58,517 nt of DNA, taken from Acidimicrobiia bacterium (GTDB lineage Bacteria > Actinomycetota > Acidimicrobiia > Spongiisociales > UBA5794). Under the pieces are notes generated by a model. It did no database searches and had not been told where the DNA came from. It worked only from the letters and a program-made list of their open reading frames with translations. Positions within the stretch are counted from its first letter, which is position 1. The number at the start of each line of letters is the position of its first letter. The stretch lies in assembly GCA_013003395.1 (NCBI GenBank), contig JABDJC010000083.1, positions 1 to 58,517 of the forward strand. The letters run 5' to 3'. Shown piece by piece: positions 16,339-25,407 of this stretch. The position numbers were made by a program, and so were the translations under genes.

Positions 16339-19092
16339 ATGAGAACCATCGACGACGAACTACCTGAGGCCGCCGACGCGGCTCTCCGCCTCGACATCCG
16401 GCTCCTGGGCAACCTGCTGGGCGAAACCCTCGTCCGCCAGGAGGGTCCGGAACTTCTCGATCTGGTCGAGCGAGTGAGAGCGCTCACCAAGAAGCTGCGG
16501 TCGACCGAAGACCATCCGGAAGCCGGCGCCGCTCTGGCCGCCCTGCTCGACGGGTTGGATCTCGACGACACGATCAAGCTCGTGCGTGCGTTCTCGGCGT
16601 TCTTCTACCTTGCGAATGTCGCAGAACAGACGCACCGACTCGACGAGCAATCGGCACGAGGACGCCGCCGTGGACAGCTCCAGTCCACCGTCGACCGCAT
16701 CCTGGAAGCCGACCTCTCGACCGACCTGGTGAACCACGTCGTCGATCGACTCGACGTCTGGCCGGTGTTCACGGCGCACCCGACCGAAGCCGCTCGGCGC
16801 TCGATCCTCTCGAAAGTACGCAAGGTGGCCGAGTTGCTCGAACTTCGCTCCGACCCTCGGAACACCGAGGCCGATCTCGACAGGACCGAGCGCAGGCTTG
16901 CCGAGGTGATCGATCTGATCTGGCAGACCGACGAATTGCGCGGCACTCGACCGACACCCGATGACGAGGCCAACTCGGTCGTGTATTACCTCGAAGAGAT
17001 CTACAACGAGGTGATCCCGGACCTACTGGACGAACTCGACCACCAGTTGTCTCGACTCGGTGTGAGTCTGCCTACAACTCGCACCGTTCTTCGACTGGGG
17101 AGCTGGGTGGGCGGAGATCGCGACGGCAATCCGAACATCACACCCGAGGTCACGATGCGGGTGCTCCAGGACCAGCACGACCACGCGTTGCGATCGCTGA
17201 TCGGGGCGGTCGAGCAATTGTCAGCCGAATTGAGTTCCTCAGTTCGAGTGGTCGGCATCTCCAGCGACTTGGGGCGCTCTCTCGATGTCGACAAGGAACA
17301 CCTTCCCGGTGTCTATGAGCGCTTTCGTCACCTGTCTGCCGGCGAACCGTATCGAATGAAGTGCGCATACGTCCACGCCAAGCTGCGCAACACCTTGCGC
17401 CGCATTCAAGAAGGGTTGCCGCATGACCCGGGTCGCGACTACCTCGAGGTCAATGGCTTCATTCAGGATCTAGCGCTCATTCACGGCTCGCTGAGGTCGA
17501 ACCAGGGCGAGCTCATTGCGAATGGCACCGTCGCTCGCCTCATGAGAAGAGCTGCCGCGAGTGGATTCCATCTCGCAACCATGGACATCCGCCAGCACGC
17601 GCTGAAGCACCACGCTGCCGCTGCCGTCCTCTTCGATCGAGTTGGCATCGACTACGAAGCACTGAGTCGTGACGAGCGAATCGCGCTCCTCAGTTCCGAA
17701 CTCGCGGGAAGCCGGCCACTGTCATCACGAGCGACAATCGTCTCCGGCGAGCCGGGCGCGACGCTCGACACGTTTGCGATGATCGGATCGGCGTTTGATC
17801 GGTTCGGGCCGGACATCATCGAGAGCTACATCATCTCGGAGACCGTCGATGTCGATGACGTGCTGGCTCCTGCGGTGCTGGCTCGCGAAGCCGGACTGAT
17901 CGATGTGCCGAGCGGCATCGCCCAAATCGGATTCGTGCCGTTGTTCGAGACAACCGAAGAGGTGCGCGCCGCCGGCGAGACGCTCGACAAGCTTCTGAGC
18001 GACCCGAGCTATCGCGAGATCGTGAGACTCCGCGGCGATGTCCAGGAGGTCATGCTCGGCTACTCCGACTCGAACAAGCATGGCGGCATCACCACGTCTC
18101 AATGGGAGCTGTACAAGGCATCGCGAGCTTTGCGCGACTCGGCCCACAACGAGGGTGTCGAACTCCGGATCTTCCACGGCAGAGGCGGCACGGTCGGCCG
18201 GGGTGGCGGACCGACTGGTGACGCAATCCTCGCGCAACCGTGGGCGACGATCGACGGGCGAATCAAGATCACCGAGCAGGGCGAGGTGATCGCCGACAAG
18301 TACGGCCTGCCGTCGTTGGCGCGGGCGAACCTGGAATTGACCGTTGCGGCAACTCTCGAGGCGTCGTTGCTGCACCGTACGCCACGTCAGCCACCAGAAA
18401 TGCTCGCCAAGTGGGACGAGATCATGGACGTCATCTCGTCCAGCGCGTTCAGCGCGTATCGAGATCTGATAGACGACCCTTCTCTCGTCCCGTACTTCAC
18501 CTCCTCGACACCAGTCAACGAACTCGGGGCGATGAACATCGGTTCGCGTCCAGCGCGCCGCCCAGGTTCGGCTGGATTGTCAGGACTTCGCGCTATCCCC
18601 TGGGTGTTCGGCTGGACGCAGACTCGCCAAATCGTGCCAGGTTGGTACGGGGTTGGCACGGGCTTGGAAGCGGCGGTTGCGGCAGGTCATCGCGAAGACA
18701 TCATCGAGATGTACGAACAGTGGAGCTTCTTCCGAACCTTCATATCCAACGTCGAGATGACCCTCAGCAAGACCGATTTGTCAGTCACGAGCCGCTACGT
18801 CGAGCAGCTCGTCGAACCCGAGCACCGAAGCGTGGCCAAGCGAATTCGCGAAGAGCATGACCGCACACTGGCCGAGCTCCTCACGGTCACGGGCAGCTCT
18901 GCCCCGCTAGACGACATTCCGGTACTGCAACGCACGCTGGCGGTGCGAGATGCGTACATCGACCCGATGAGCTACCTCCAGGTGGCCCTGCTCAAGAGGG
19001 TTCGAGGCCAAGAACGCCCCGATCCAGAACTCCAACGCGCTCTCCTGCTCACGATGAACGGCATTGCAGCTGGACTTCGCAACACGGGCTGA
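16339..19092 (+). CDS. ppc: Phosphoenolpyruvate carboxylase
   Basis: 917 aa from ATG 16339. VFTAHPTEAxRR, GYSDSNKHGG and FHGRGGTVGRGGGP motifs, with a C-terminal ...NG(I/T)AAGLRNTG. Confidence 0.95.
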   Translation: MRTIDDELPEAADAALRLDIRLLGNLLGETLVRQEGPELLDLVERVRALTKKLRSTEDHPEAGAALAALLDGLDLDDTIKLVRAFSAFFYLANVAEQTHRLDEQSARGRRRGQLQSTVDRILEADLSTDLVNHVVDRLDVWPVFTAHPTEAARRSILSKVRKVAELLELRSDPRNTEADLDRTERRLAEVIDLIWQTDELRGTRPTPDDEANSVVYYLEEIYNEVIPDLLDELDHQLSRLGVSLPTTRTVLRLGSWVGGDRDGNPNITPEVTMRVLQDQHDHALRSLIGAVEQLSAELSSSVRVVGISSDLGRSLDVDKEHLPGVYERFRHLSAGEPYRMKCAYVHAKLRNTLRRIQEGLPHDPGRDYLEVNGFIQDLALIHGSLRSNQGELIANGTVARLMRRAAASGFHLATMDIRQHALKHHAAAAVLFDRVGIDYEALSRDERIALLSSELAGSRPLSSRATIVSGEPGATLDTFAMIGSAFDRFGPDIIESYIISETVDVDDVLAPAVLAREAGLIDVPSGIAQIGFVPLFETTEEVRAAGETLDKLLSDPSYREIVRLRGDVQEVMLGYSDSNKHGGITTSQWELYKASRALRDSAHNEGVELRIFHGRGGTVGRGGGPTGDAILAQPWATIDGRIKITEQGEVIADKYGLPSLARANLELTVAATLEASLLHRTPRQPPEMLAKWDEIMDVISSSAFSAYRDLIDDPSLVPYFTSSTPVNELGAMNIGSRPARRPGSAGLSGLRAIPWVFGWTQTRQIVPGWYGVGTGLEAAVAAGHREDIIEMYEQWSFFRTFISNVEMTLSKTDLSVTSRYVEQLVEPEHRSVAKRIREEHDRTLAELLTVTGSSAPLDDIPVLQRTLAVRDAYIDPMSYLQVALLKRVRGQERPDPELQRALLLTMNGIAAGLRNTG

Positions 19093-19097
19093 ACGGG

Positions 19098-19844
19098 TCA
19101 GCCGAGGACAGCTGGTGCCAGCGCAAGAAGCCAACTGACCATCGAGCCGAGCAAGAAGTACTCCGTGACGATGTCGACCTCCGCCGGGGTCCCCGACGCT
19201 TCGCCACTCGGTCGTTCCAATCGGGCGACTTTCGACAGCTCCGGAAAGCGTAGGACGCTCTTGGCCGAAACGATCACGGCGGCCGCCGTCGGTTGTCCTG
19301 CGAGGGCCAGGCCGTAGATGAGCCAGCGCTCGATGATCCCGATGACACGACCACCTCTGAGCGTCTGTTGCGATCGTTCTACCTGTGTGCCTGCCATGGC
19401 AAGCACGACCCGTACCACTGCGTTCGATGTTGCAGACAGATACGCCAGAACGCCCGCTGCGAGCACTGCTTGGGTGGCGTCGCCAGGCAGTGGTAGCTGA
19501 TCTATCCATCCGACCAGGTTTCGCCCTGTCGCGTCCCATCTCCCGGTTGCACCAAGGAGCAGAGCGATGCCTACGACATGGGCGGACAGAGCCATCTGCG
19601 CTCGCCGCTCGGTGAGCGTGCCGACCCGCAGCATCATCCATGCTGCACTTGCGGCGAGGATGACGAGGGCAAGTTCAAAAGCTCGGCTTCCCATGCCAAA
19701 AGCGACACCCGCGACCAACGTCACGAGCGTCGCAATCGCTGTCCCGAGCAAGGCGCGTGCCCGCGTCTCAGGCATTCCGGTGGCACCCCCTGCGATCAAG
19801 TCGGCAACGCCGATGGCGAAGAGTCCAATGCCGATCCCGATCAT
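19098..19844 (-). CDS. DUF3307/SatC-like polytopic membrane protein
   Basis: 248 aa with multiple hydrophobic helices. 4-nt overlap with the upstream SatD-like gene. Confidence 0.6.
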   Translation of the reverse strand: MIGIGIGLFAIGVADLIAGGATGMPETRARALLGTAIATLVTLVAGVAFGMGSRAFELALVILAASAAWMMLRVGTLTERRAQMALSAHVVGIALLLGATGRWDATGRNLVGWIDQLPLPGDATQAVLAAGVLAYLSATSNAVVRVVLAMAGTQVERSQQTLRGGRVIGIIERWLIYGLALAGQPTAAAVIVSAKSVLRFPELSKVARLERPSGEASGTPAEVDIVTEYFLLGSMVSWLLALAPAVLG

Positions 19845-20461
19845 GGTGTCACCATTCTTTGGTGGGCTGCGTACAGCGCAAGGGGACCTCGATGAATCCG
19901 CTGGGACACGGCTGGTTGCGAGACGCCGAGCTGGTCGGCGATGTCGTCTTGACGTTCCCCGGCAAAGAGACCGAGCGTTGCTTTGGCGTCACGTTCGTCG
20001 AAATTGGCCATCAGTTCGTCTCGAATCGTCAGGAAACCATTGATGAGAGCGTCGTCGCTGCCACGGTAGGCGGCTCGAGCGGTACGCGGCCACCCTCTCG
20101 CCTTGTCGTTGAGATCGCTCAGTGCCGCTCTCGCCTCCCACCAAGCCGTTCCGCTCTGGGCGAATGGCGGATCCGCCGCCTCTGTGACGGTGACACTGCC
20201 TCGCGCCATGCCGAAACGCGCTTCGATTCCGACGTACGCAAGGAGCCGAAGCTGCACGAGAAGTGTGGCCAGCAAGGCTGACTCGATCGTGGCGAACACG
20301 CCTTGGAACTCGTCGCCGACGGTCGGAGATAGCTGTTGGGGTGCCGTGACGACCAGATTGACCTCTCCGAATTGGGTTGCAGCTGCTTCGAGCAACGCGG
20401 CTTGATCCCGTCTGCTGCGAGAGGCAACGAGGTCTCCGATGACGGCGATGACTTCTGACAT
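19841..20461 (-). CDS. SatD-like protein (N-terminal cyclase-like fold, C-terminal sigma-70 region-4-type HTH)
   Basis: VIGDLVASR...TVGDEFQGVF... then RQDDIADQLGVSQPAVSQRIHRG. ATG at 20461 preferred over the TTG at 20500, which falls in the putative -35 element. Confidence 0.65.
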   Translation of the reverse strand: MSEVIAVIGDLVASRSRRDQAALLEAAATQFGEVNLVVTAPQQLSPTVGDEFQGVFATIESALLATLLVQLRLLAYVGIEARFGMARGSVTVTEAADPPFAQSGTAWWEARAALSDLNDKARGWPRTARAAYRGSDDALINGFLTIRDELMANFDERDAKATLGLFAGERQDDIADQLGVSQPAVSQRIHRGPLALYAAHQRMVTP

Positions 20462-20471
20462 AACCCCAGGG

Positions 20472-20500
20472 ACTATATCTGCTCGTTGATAAGATTTCAA
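20472..20500 (-). promoter_or_regulatory. Candidate SigA-type promoter of the SatD/SatC-like operon (near-leaderless)
   Basis: On the minus strand, TTGAAA (20495-20500), a 17-nt spacer and TATAGT (20472-20477). The ATG begins 11 nt after the -10 element. This is the only strongly AT-rich intergenic region in the window. Confidence 0.45.
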
Positions 20501-20537
20501 CTTATGTCAATACAGATATAAGCGCTGCAACTATATC
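20472..20537. repeat. Three copies of a (C/T)TATATC(TG) motif plus a nested TTGATAAG/CTTATGTCAA inverted repeat
   Basis: ACTATATCTG at 20472-20481 (+). CAGATATA at 20513-20520 (TATATCTG on the minus strand). ACTATATC at 20530-20537 (+). TTGATAAG at 20486-20493 faces CTTATGTCAA at 20501-20510. Confidence 0.6.
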
Positions 20538-21171
20538 AACCAAGCCACTCCAGAATGAGGGCGGCGTCGACATCGTTGATCGATGGATACCCGCTGGGGC
20601 CGACGCCGTCGCGGGCGATCACCACCACTCGCATACCCGCAGCCTGTGCTGACTGAGCCCCGACCACGGAATCCTCGATGACCAGACACGCCGATGGAGG
20701 CACGCGCATCAGTTCGGCAGTTCGCAGATACACGTCGGGCGCCGGCTTGGTCGCAGCCACCTCGTCTCCGCCGACCACCGCGTCGAAGTAACGCACGAGA
20801 TCGAATCGCCCCAACTTGAGGTCGAGCTCGGCACGCTCGCTGGAGGACGCCACCCCGAGGGGGATGCCCTGAGCCGCCAACTCTCGAACCGTCCGGACCA
20901 CGTCGTCGAATGCCTCGAGTTCTGTCTCATAGCGATCGAGCAGCTCGGTTTGGTACTCGTCAATGACCTTGTCGACGGAAGGCAGTCGATACCGATCGAC
21001 CAGGTACTCGGCGGACGCACGAAGATCGATTCCCACGAGTGCGGGACCATCGGCAGCGTCGGGTTCACCACCAGTGTGACGAACGATCAGCGCAGCCCAG
21101 GCATCCCACGCGATCGGTTCGGAGTCCACGATCACGCCGTCGCAGTCGAAAATCACGGCGTCCATGGACAC
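20536..21171 (-). CDS. HAD-superfamily hydrolase (beta-phosphoglucomutase/phosphatase subfamily IA)
   Basis: AVIFDCDGVIVDSE motif I, a later S/T motif and a C-terminal EDSxxG motif. Confidence 0.85.
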   Translation of the reverse strand: MSMDAVIFDCDGVIVDSEPIAWDAWAALIVRHTGGEPDAADGPALVGIDLRASAEYLVDRYRLPSVDKVIDEYQTELLDRYETELEAFDDVVRTVRELAAQGIPLGVASSSERAELDLKLGRFDLVRYFDAVVGGDEVAATKPAPDVYLRTAELMRVPPSACLVIEDSVVGAQSAQAAGMRVVVIARDGVGPSGYPSINDVDAALILEWLG

Positions 21172-21596
21172 TACGACTCATCCAGTTCGCGGGCAGCTCC
21201 TCGAAGCGCTCTCTTGAACAGCATGCGGATCACACTTGCCCGCAGCCAGCTCGACACCAAGCCGTACTCCCCCGCGAACCGCAACTCCAGACTCGATCTC
21301 GGCCCTCCCGACACCACCGTGGTGTCGACCAGCACCTCGAAATGGCCCGCAGGACGATCGACGACGCATCGGAATCTCCTTCCGGCTTCCCATTCGTCGA
21401 TTTCGAACCGCCGAGCGCCGTCGGTCAACCATGAGATGAAGAACGCTTGACCCACCGCCGGAAGGTTCGTGCCCATCCATCCGACAAAAACCACCGGAGC
21501 CCATTCCGCAATACGCTCTGGGTCTGCGACCAGAGCCCAAACCGCAGCCGGATCGGCATCCAGATCTCGACGCTCGCGAACGGACACACCAGCCAC
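21171..21596 (-). CDS. SRPBCC (START/polyketide cyclase-like) family protein
   Basis: 141 aa. DLDADPAAVWALVADPERIAEW is the typical SRPBCC N-terminus. GTG start 8 nt after the gatB stop. Confidence 0.7.
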   Translation of the reverse strand: MAGVSVRERRDLDADPAAVWALVADPERIAEWAPVVFVGWMGTNLPAVGQAFFISWLTDGARRFEIDEWEAGRRFRCVVDRPAGHFEVLVDTTVVSGGPRSSLELRFAGEYGLVSSWLRASVIRMLFKRALRGAARELDES

Positions 21597-21604
21597 TGGC
21601 GGAG

Positions 21605-23053
21605 CTACTCCTTGACCGAGTTCCGAATGAGTTCTGAGACCATCCGCGGATCGGCTTTGCCGCCGGTCGCCTTCATCACCTGGCCGACCAAGAACCCGAG
21701 GGGTTTCATGTCACCGGAACGCATCTTGTCGACGGCGTCCTCGTTGTCTGCGAGCACCGTATTCACCTCCGTGGTCAACGCACCGGTGTCGGAGATCTGG
21801 AGGAGGTCCCGAGACTGGGCCACCTGTTCCGGCGACCCTTCTCCGTCCATGACTCCCCCGAGCACGTCTTTGGCTGCCGTCGCTGACAGCGACCCTGCGC
21901 TCACCATCTCGTCGAGCTGCGTCAAGTGTTCGGCCGAAAGCGGCAAGTCGGCGAGCTGCCGCTCTGTTCGGCGGAGATTTGCCACCACTTCACCGGTGAT
22001 CCAATTGGCAGCCTGTTTTGGATCCGCCCCACTCGCAACGGCCGCATCGAACAGCTCTCCGAGCCCAGCGTCGGCAACCATCACGCCGGCAGTCACCATG
22101 TCGATGCCGGTTTCCAGATATCGGGAGCGACGAATTGCCGGCAATTCGGGTATGGCGGCGTACACCCGCGCCGACCATGCGGCGTCAATGTGGAGGGGCA
22201 GCAGATCGGGTTCCTGAAAGTAGCGGTAGTCCTCGGAATCCTCTTTGGACCGCATCGACGTGGTGCGCTGGCTGTCCTCGTTCCAGTGCCGAGTTTCCTG
22301 CACGATGGTTCCGCCGCTGTCGAGCACCTCGGTCTGGCGGGCGATCTCGAACTCGATCGCTCGATACATGGACCGAAGCGAGTTCACGTTCTTGACCTCG
22401 GTCCGTGTCCCGAATTCTTCCTGACCTACTGGACGAAGGCTCACGTTGACATCGAAACGCATACTGCCCTCTTCGAGGCGTGCGTCCGACACTCCAAGGG
22501 TGCGGACGATCATTTGGAGCTCGGCACCGTAGACCCGAGCTTGCTCGGCCGTCCGAATGTCGGGTTCGGTGACGATCTCGACCAACGGTACTCCGGCTCG
22601 ATTGAAGTCGAGGAGCGAATGACTGGCTGCACGAATCCGACCGTCGTCACCGATGTGCGTGCTCTTCCCCGTGTCTTCCTCCATGTGCACTCTGGTGATA
22701 CCGATGCGAAACGGCTCACCGTCGGCCACGATGTCGATGTGCCCGTCGGCGCACAGCGGGACGTCGTACTGGCTGATCTGATAGTTCTTCGGCAGGTCCG
22801 GATAGAAGTAGTTCTTGCGGTGAAACAGCGAGTGCTCGACCAGTTCGCATGAGAGCGCTGCACCAATCGACAGTATTCCGTCGATCGCTGACGCGTTCGG
22901 TACCGGCAGTGCACCGGGCAACGCCAGACAGACAGGACACACGACGGTGTTGGCTTCCGCGTTGAAGTCGACCGCACAGCCGCAGAACATCTTCGAGTTC
23001 GTCTGGAGCTCGACGTGCGTTTCGATGCCGATGACGGCTTCATATTCGGTCAT
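21605..23053 (-). CDS. gatB: Asp-tRNA(Asn)/Glu-tRNA(Gln) amidotransferase subunit B
   Basis: MTEYEAVIGIETHVELQTNSKMFCGC... with a C-terminal GatB/YqeY tail. ATG at 23053 overlaps the gatA stop (ATGA). Confidence 0.95.
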   Translation of the reverse strand: MTEYEAVIGIETHVELQTNSKMFCGCAVDFNAEANTVVCPVCLALPGALPVPNASAIDGILSIGAALSCELVEHSLFHRKNYFYPDLPKNYQISQYDVPLCADGHIDIVADGEPFRIGITRVHMEEDTGKSTHIGDDGRIRAASHSLLDFNRAGVPLVEIVTEPDIRTAEQARVYGAELQMIVRTLGVSDARLEEGSMRFDVNVSLRPVGQEEFGTRTEVKNVNSLRSMYRAIEFEIARQTEVLDSGGTIVQETRHWNEDSQRTTSMRSKEDSEDYRYFQEPDLLPLHIDAAWSARVYAAIPELPAIRRSRYLETGIDMVTAGVMVADAGLGELFDAAVASGADPKQAANWITGEVVANLRRTERQLADLPLSAEHLTQLDEMVSAGSLSATAAKDVLGGVMDGEGSPEQVAQSRDLLQISDTGALTTEVNTVLADNEDAVDKMRSGDMKPLGFLVGQVMKATGGKADPRMVSELIRNSVKE

Positions 23054-24522
23054 GTGACCTCCGAAGTGGCGAGTCGGGGGCGAGCGGTGAAGTCTGCAAG
23101 TCTCTCGATCTCGGCTGCCGCCTGGAACAGCACCGGTTCTCCCAGCGAGGGAGCCATGACCTGGAACCCGATCGGCAGACCTGCGTCGTCGAGTCCGATG
23201 GGGACAGAGATTGCGGGGTCCCCGGAGAGGTTGCTGGGAATCGTGCACACGTCTGAGTAGTACATGGCGATGGGGTCGGTCGACTTCTCCCCCACCGAGA
23301 ATGCCGTCGTCGGACTCGTGGGCGAGACCAGCACGTCGACGTTTTCGTACGCCGCGGCGAAGTCTCGGCGCACCAACGTTCTCACTCGTTGGGCTTGGCC
23401 ATAGAAGGCGTCGTAGTAGCCGGCCGACAGCGCGTACGTGCCGAGGAGAATTCGCCTGATCACCTCAGGACCGAAACCCTCGGCTCGAGTCCTTGCCATC
23501 ATCTCTTCCGTGGTTTCTCCGTCAACGCGCAGCCCGTAGCGGACACCGTCGAAGCGAGCGAGGTTGGCTGACGCCTCTGCTGGGGCGATCAGGTAGTACG
23601 CAGACAATGCATACTCGACGCTCGGCAACGACACCTGCCGAACTGCGGCGCCTGCATCTGAGAGCTGGTCGACCATCTTCCGGGTGGCGGCCAGCACTTC
23701 GGGTTGCATGTCGTCGCGCAGCAACTCGGCTGCCACCCCGACGCGCAATCCAGCTACTCCGGCGCTGAGGCCAGCACGAAAGTCAGGGACGGCACCTCGG
23801 TAGCTCGTGGCATCCATCACGTCATGGCCGGCGATGGCCTCCAACACGACTACGGCGTCTTCGACGCTGCGGGTGATCGGACCGATCTGATCGAGCGAAG
23901 AGGCGAAGGCGATGAGTCCGTACCGACTCACGAGACCGTAGGTCGGCTTCAGCCCGACGACGCCACAAAGCGCGGCGGGCTGCCTCACCGATCCGCCGGT
24001 GTCGGAACCAAGCGCAGCAAATGCCGAGCCTGCGGCCACGACCGCAGCCGAACCACCAGAACTGCCTCCCGGCACTCGCTCGGTGTCCCACGGATTGCGG
24101 GTGACGCCGTACGCCGAGTTCTCGGTGGATGACCCCATGGCGAATTCGTCGAGGTTCGTCTTGCCGACCGTGACGGCGTCGACCTCTTTCAACCGTGACA
24201 CCGCCGTGCCGTCATACGGTGGAATCCAGCCAGACAATATCTTCGAGGAGCAGGTCGTCTCGACGCCCTTCGTGACCATGTTGTCCTTGAGGGCGATGGG
24301 AATGCCAGTCATCTGGGCGCCATCACCGGCTGCGATTCGTTCGTCGGCACGAGCTGCGGCTTCGGCGGCACCTGCCTTGTCGATCGTGAGATAGGCGTGG
24401 AGATGTGACTCGGTGATGCCGGCCCGCTTCAAGACTGCATCGAGGAGTTCGGAAGACGACGTCTCGCCTGAATCGAGCAGTTCGTGCGCGCTCGTGATCG
24501 AAAGGTCTGCCAGGTCGCTCAT
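23050..24522 (-). CDS. gatA: Glu-tRNA(Gln) amidotransferase subunit A
   Basis: 490 aa with the amidase signature GGSSGGSAAVVAAG. ATGA overlap with gatC. Confidence 0.95.
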   Translation of the reverse strand: MSDLADLSITSAHELLDSGETSSSELLDAVLKRAGITESHLHAYLTIDKAGAAEAAARADERIAAGDGAQMTGIPIALKDNMVTKGVETTCSSKILSGWIPPYDGTAVSRLKEVDAVTVGKTNLDEFAMGSSTENSAYGVTRNPWDTERVPGGSSGGSAAVVAAGSAFAALGSDTGGSVRQPAALCGVVGLKPTYGLVSRYGLIAFASSLDQIGPITRSVEDAVVVLEAIAGHDVMDATSYRGAVPDFRAGLSAGVAGLRVGVAAELLRDDMQPEVLAATRKMVDQLSDAGAAVRQVSLPSVEYALSAYYLIAPAEASANLARFDGVRYGLRVDGETTEEMMARTRAEGFGPEVIRRILLGTYALSAGYYDAFYGQAQRVRTLVRRDFAAAYENVDVLVSPTSPTTAFSVGEKSTDPIAMYYSDVCTIPSNLSGDPAISVPIGLDDAGLPIGFQVMAPSLGEPVLFQAAAEIERLADFTARPRLATSEVT

Positions 24523-24854
24523 TCGAGAATCCTCGGTACGGCGAACTGACCCTCGACGCTGTCCGGTGCCTGCGAGAGCACCTCGTCTCGGTCGAGTGAA
24601 GGAATCACCACGTCAGCTCGGAACGAATTCGTCATCGCCAACGGATGAGATGTTGGCTCGACATCGTCGGTCGCCATGGCCTGCACACGCTCGGCATGCT
24701 CGAGGATGGCACCCAGCTGCTCCCCGTAGGAGGCGAGTTGCTCATCATTGAGGGCGAGGCGCGCCAACTTGGCAACCTTCGCGATATCGATCTCTACGGG
24801 CACAGCCGACCTCCCCGGTGAGCGCCCGATGCTAGACGGAGCATCAATCGCCAT
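24519..24854 (-). CDS. gatC: Glu-tRNA(Gln) amidotransferase subunit C
   Basis: VAKLARLALNDEQLASYGEQLGAILEH... is typical of GatC. The true start may be the internal GTG near 24797. Confidence 0.85.
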   Translation of the reverse strand: MAIDAPSSIGRSPGRSAVPVEIDIAKVAKLARLALNDEQLASYGEQLGAILEHAERVQAMATDDVEPTSHPLAMTNSFRADVVIPSLDRDEVLSQAPDSVEGQFAVPRILE

Positions 24855-24889
24855 AACCGACCGACTCGCGCCCGTTGTAGCCTCGTCGA

Positions 24890-25402
24890 ATGGGTATCAC
24901 GATGGCGTGGGAACGAATTGTCGGGCTCGTCGAGGCGACCTCGGCTGCAATCCGAGCGGTCGCGCTGGCCTCGATCACGGCGGGGGCGATCGTCTTGTTC
25001 GCCTTGATGCGGTCTGCAGTCGGTCCGGTGGCCTCGCTCATCGTGGGAGCTGTCCCCCTCCTAGGTCCGGGTGCGCTCATCTGGGACTTCTCACGCACCA
25101 TCTCCAAACTCCCTCAGATCCCAGCAGAAGCACTCGACACCACGACCGAGGCTGTCCGATCGACGGGTTCGGTCATCACCAACGTCACCGCTGACAGCAA
25201 CGTCGTCGCGAGAATTGTCGGGTTGCTGCGAGGCCTCCTCTCCGCACGGACGGTGATTGGAAACCTCAAGAGTCTTGGCGTAGCGGCGTGGTGGTTGAAG
25301 CGCCTGGCCAGCCCGCTCTACCTGACAGCGGTTGCGGCGTCGGTTGCCTGGAGCGCCGTCCTCATCGTCATCGCCTTGGTCGTGCTCGTAGTCCTCGTCT
25401 GA
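24890..25402 (+). CDS. Hypothetical membrane protein
   Basis: 170 aa with 3-4 hydrophobic helices. No family recognised. Confidence 0.5.
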   Translation: MGITMAWERIVGLVEATSAAIRAVALASITAGAIVLFALMRSAVGPVASLIVGAVPLLGPGALIWDFSRTISKLPQIPAEALDTTTEAVRSTGSVITNVTADSNVVARIVGLLRGLLSARTVIGNLKSLGVAAWWLKRLASPLYLTAVAASVAWSAVLIVIALVVLVVLV

Positions 25403-25407
25403 GCGCC

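Noticed and set aside
19087-19103. GGCTGA-acggg-TCAGCC hairpin formed by the two convergent stop codons of ppc and the DUF3307 gene
   Set aside because: It has only a 6-bp stem and no U-tract, so it is too weak to call a bidirectional terminator. It is probably a coincidence of two facing TGA codons.
20462-20500. TTG start at 20500 for the SatD-like gene (MKSYQRADIVPGV...)
   Set aside because: The TTG coincides with the putative -35 hexamer, and the 13 extra codons lie in the AT-rich repeat region. The ATG at 20461 is more plausible, though the longer form is not excluded.
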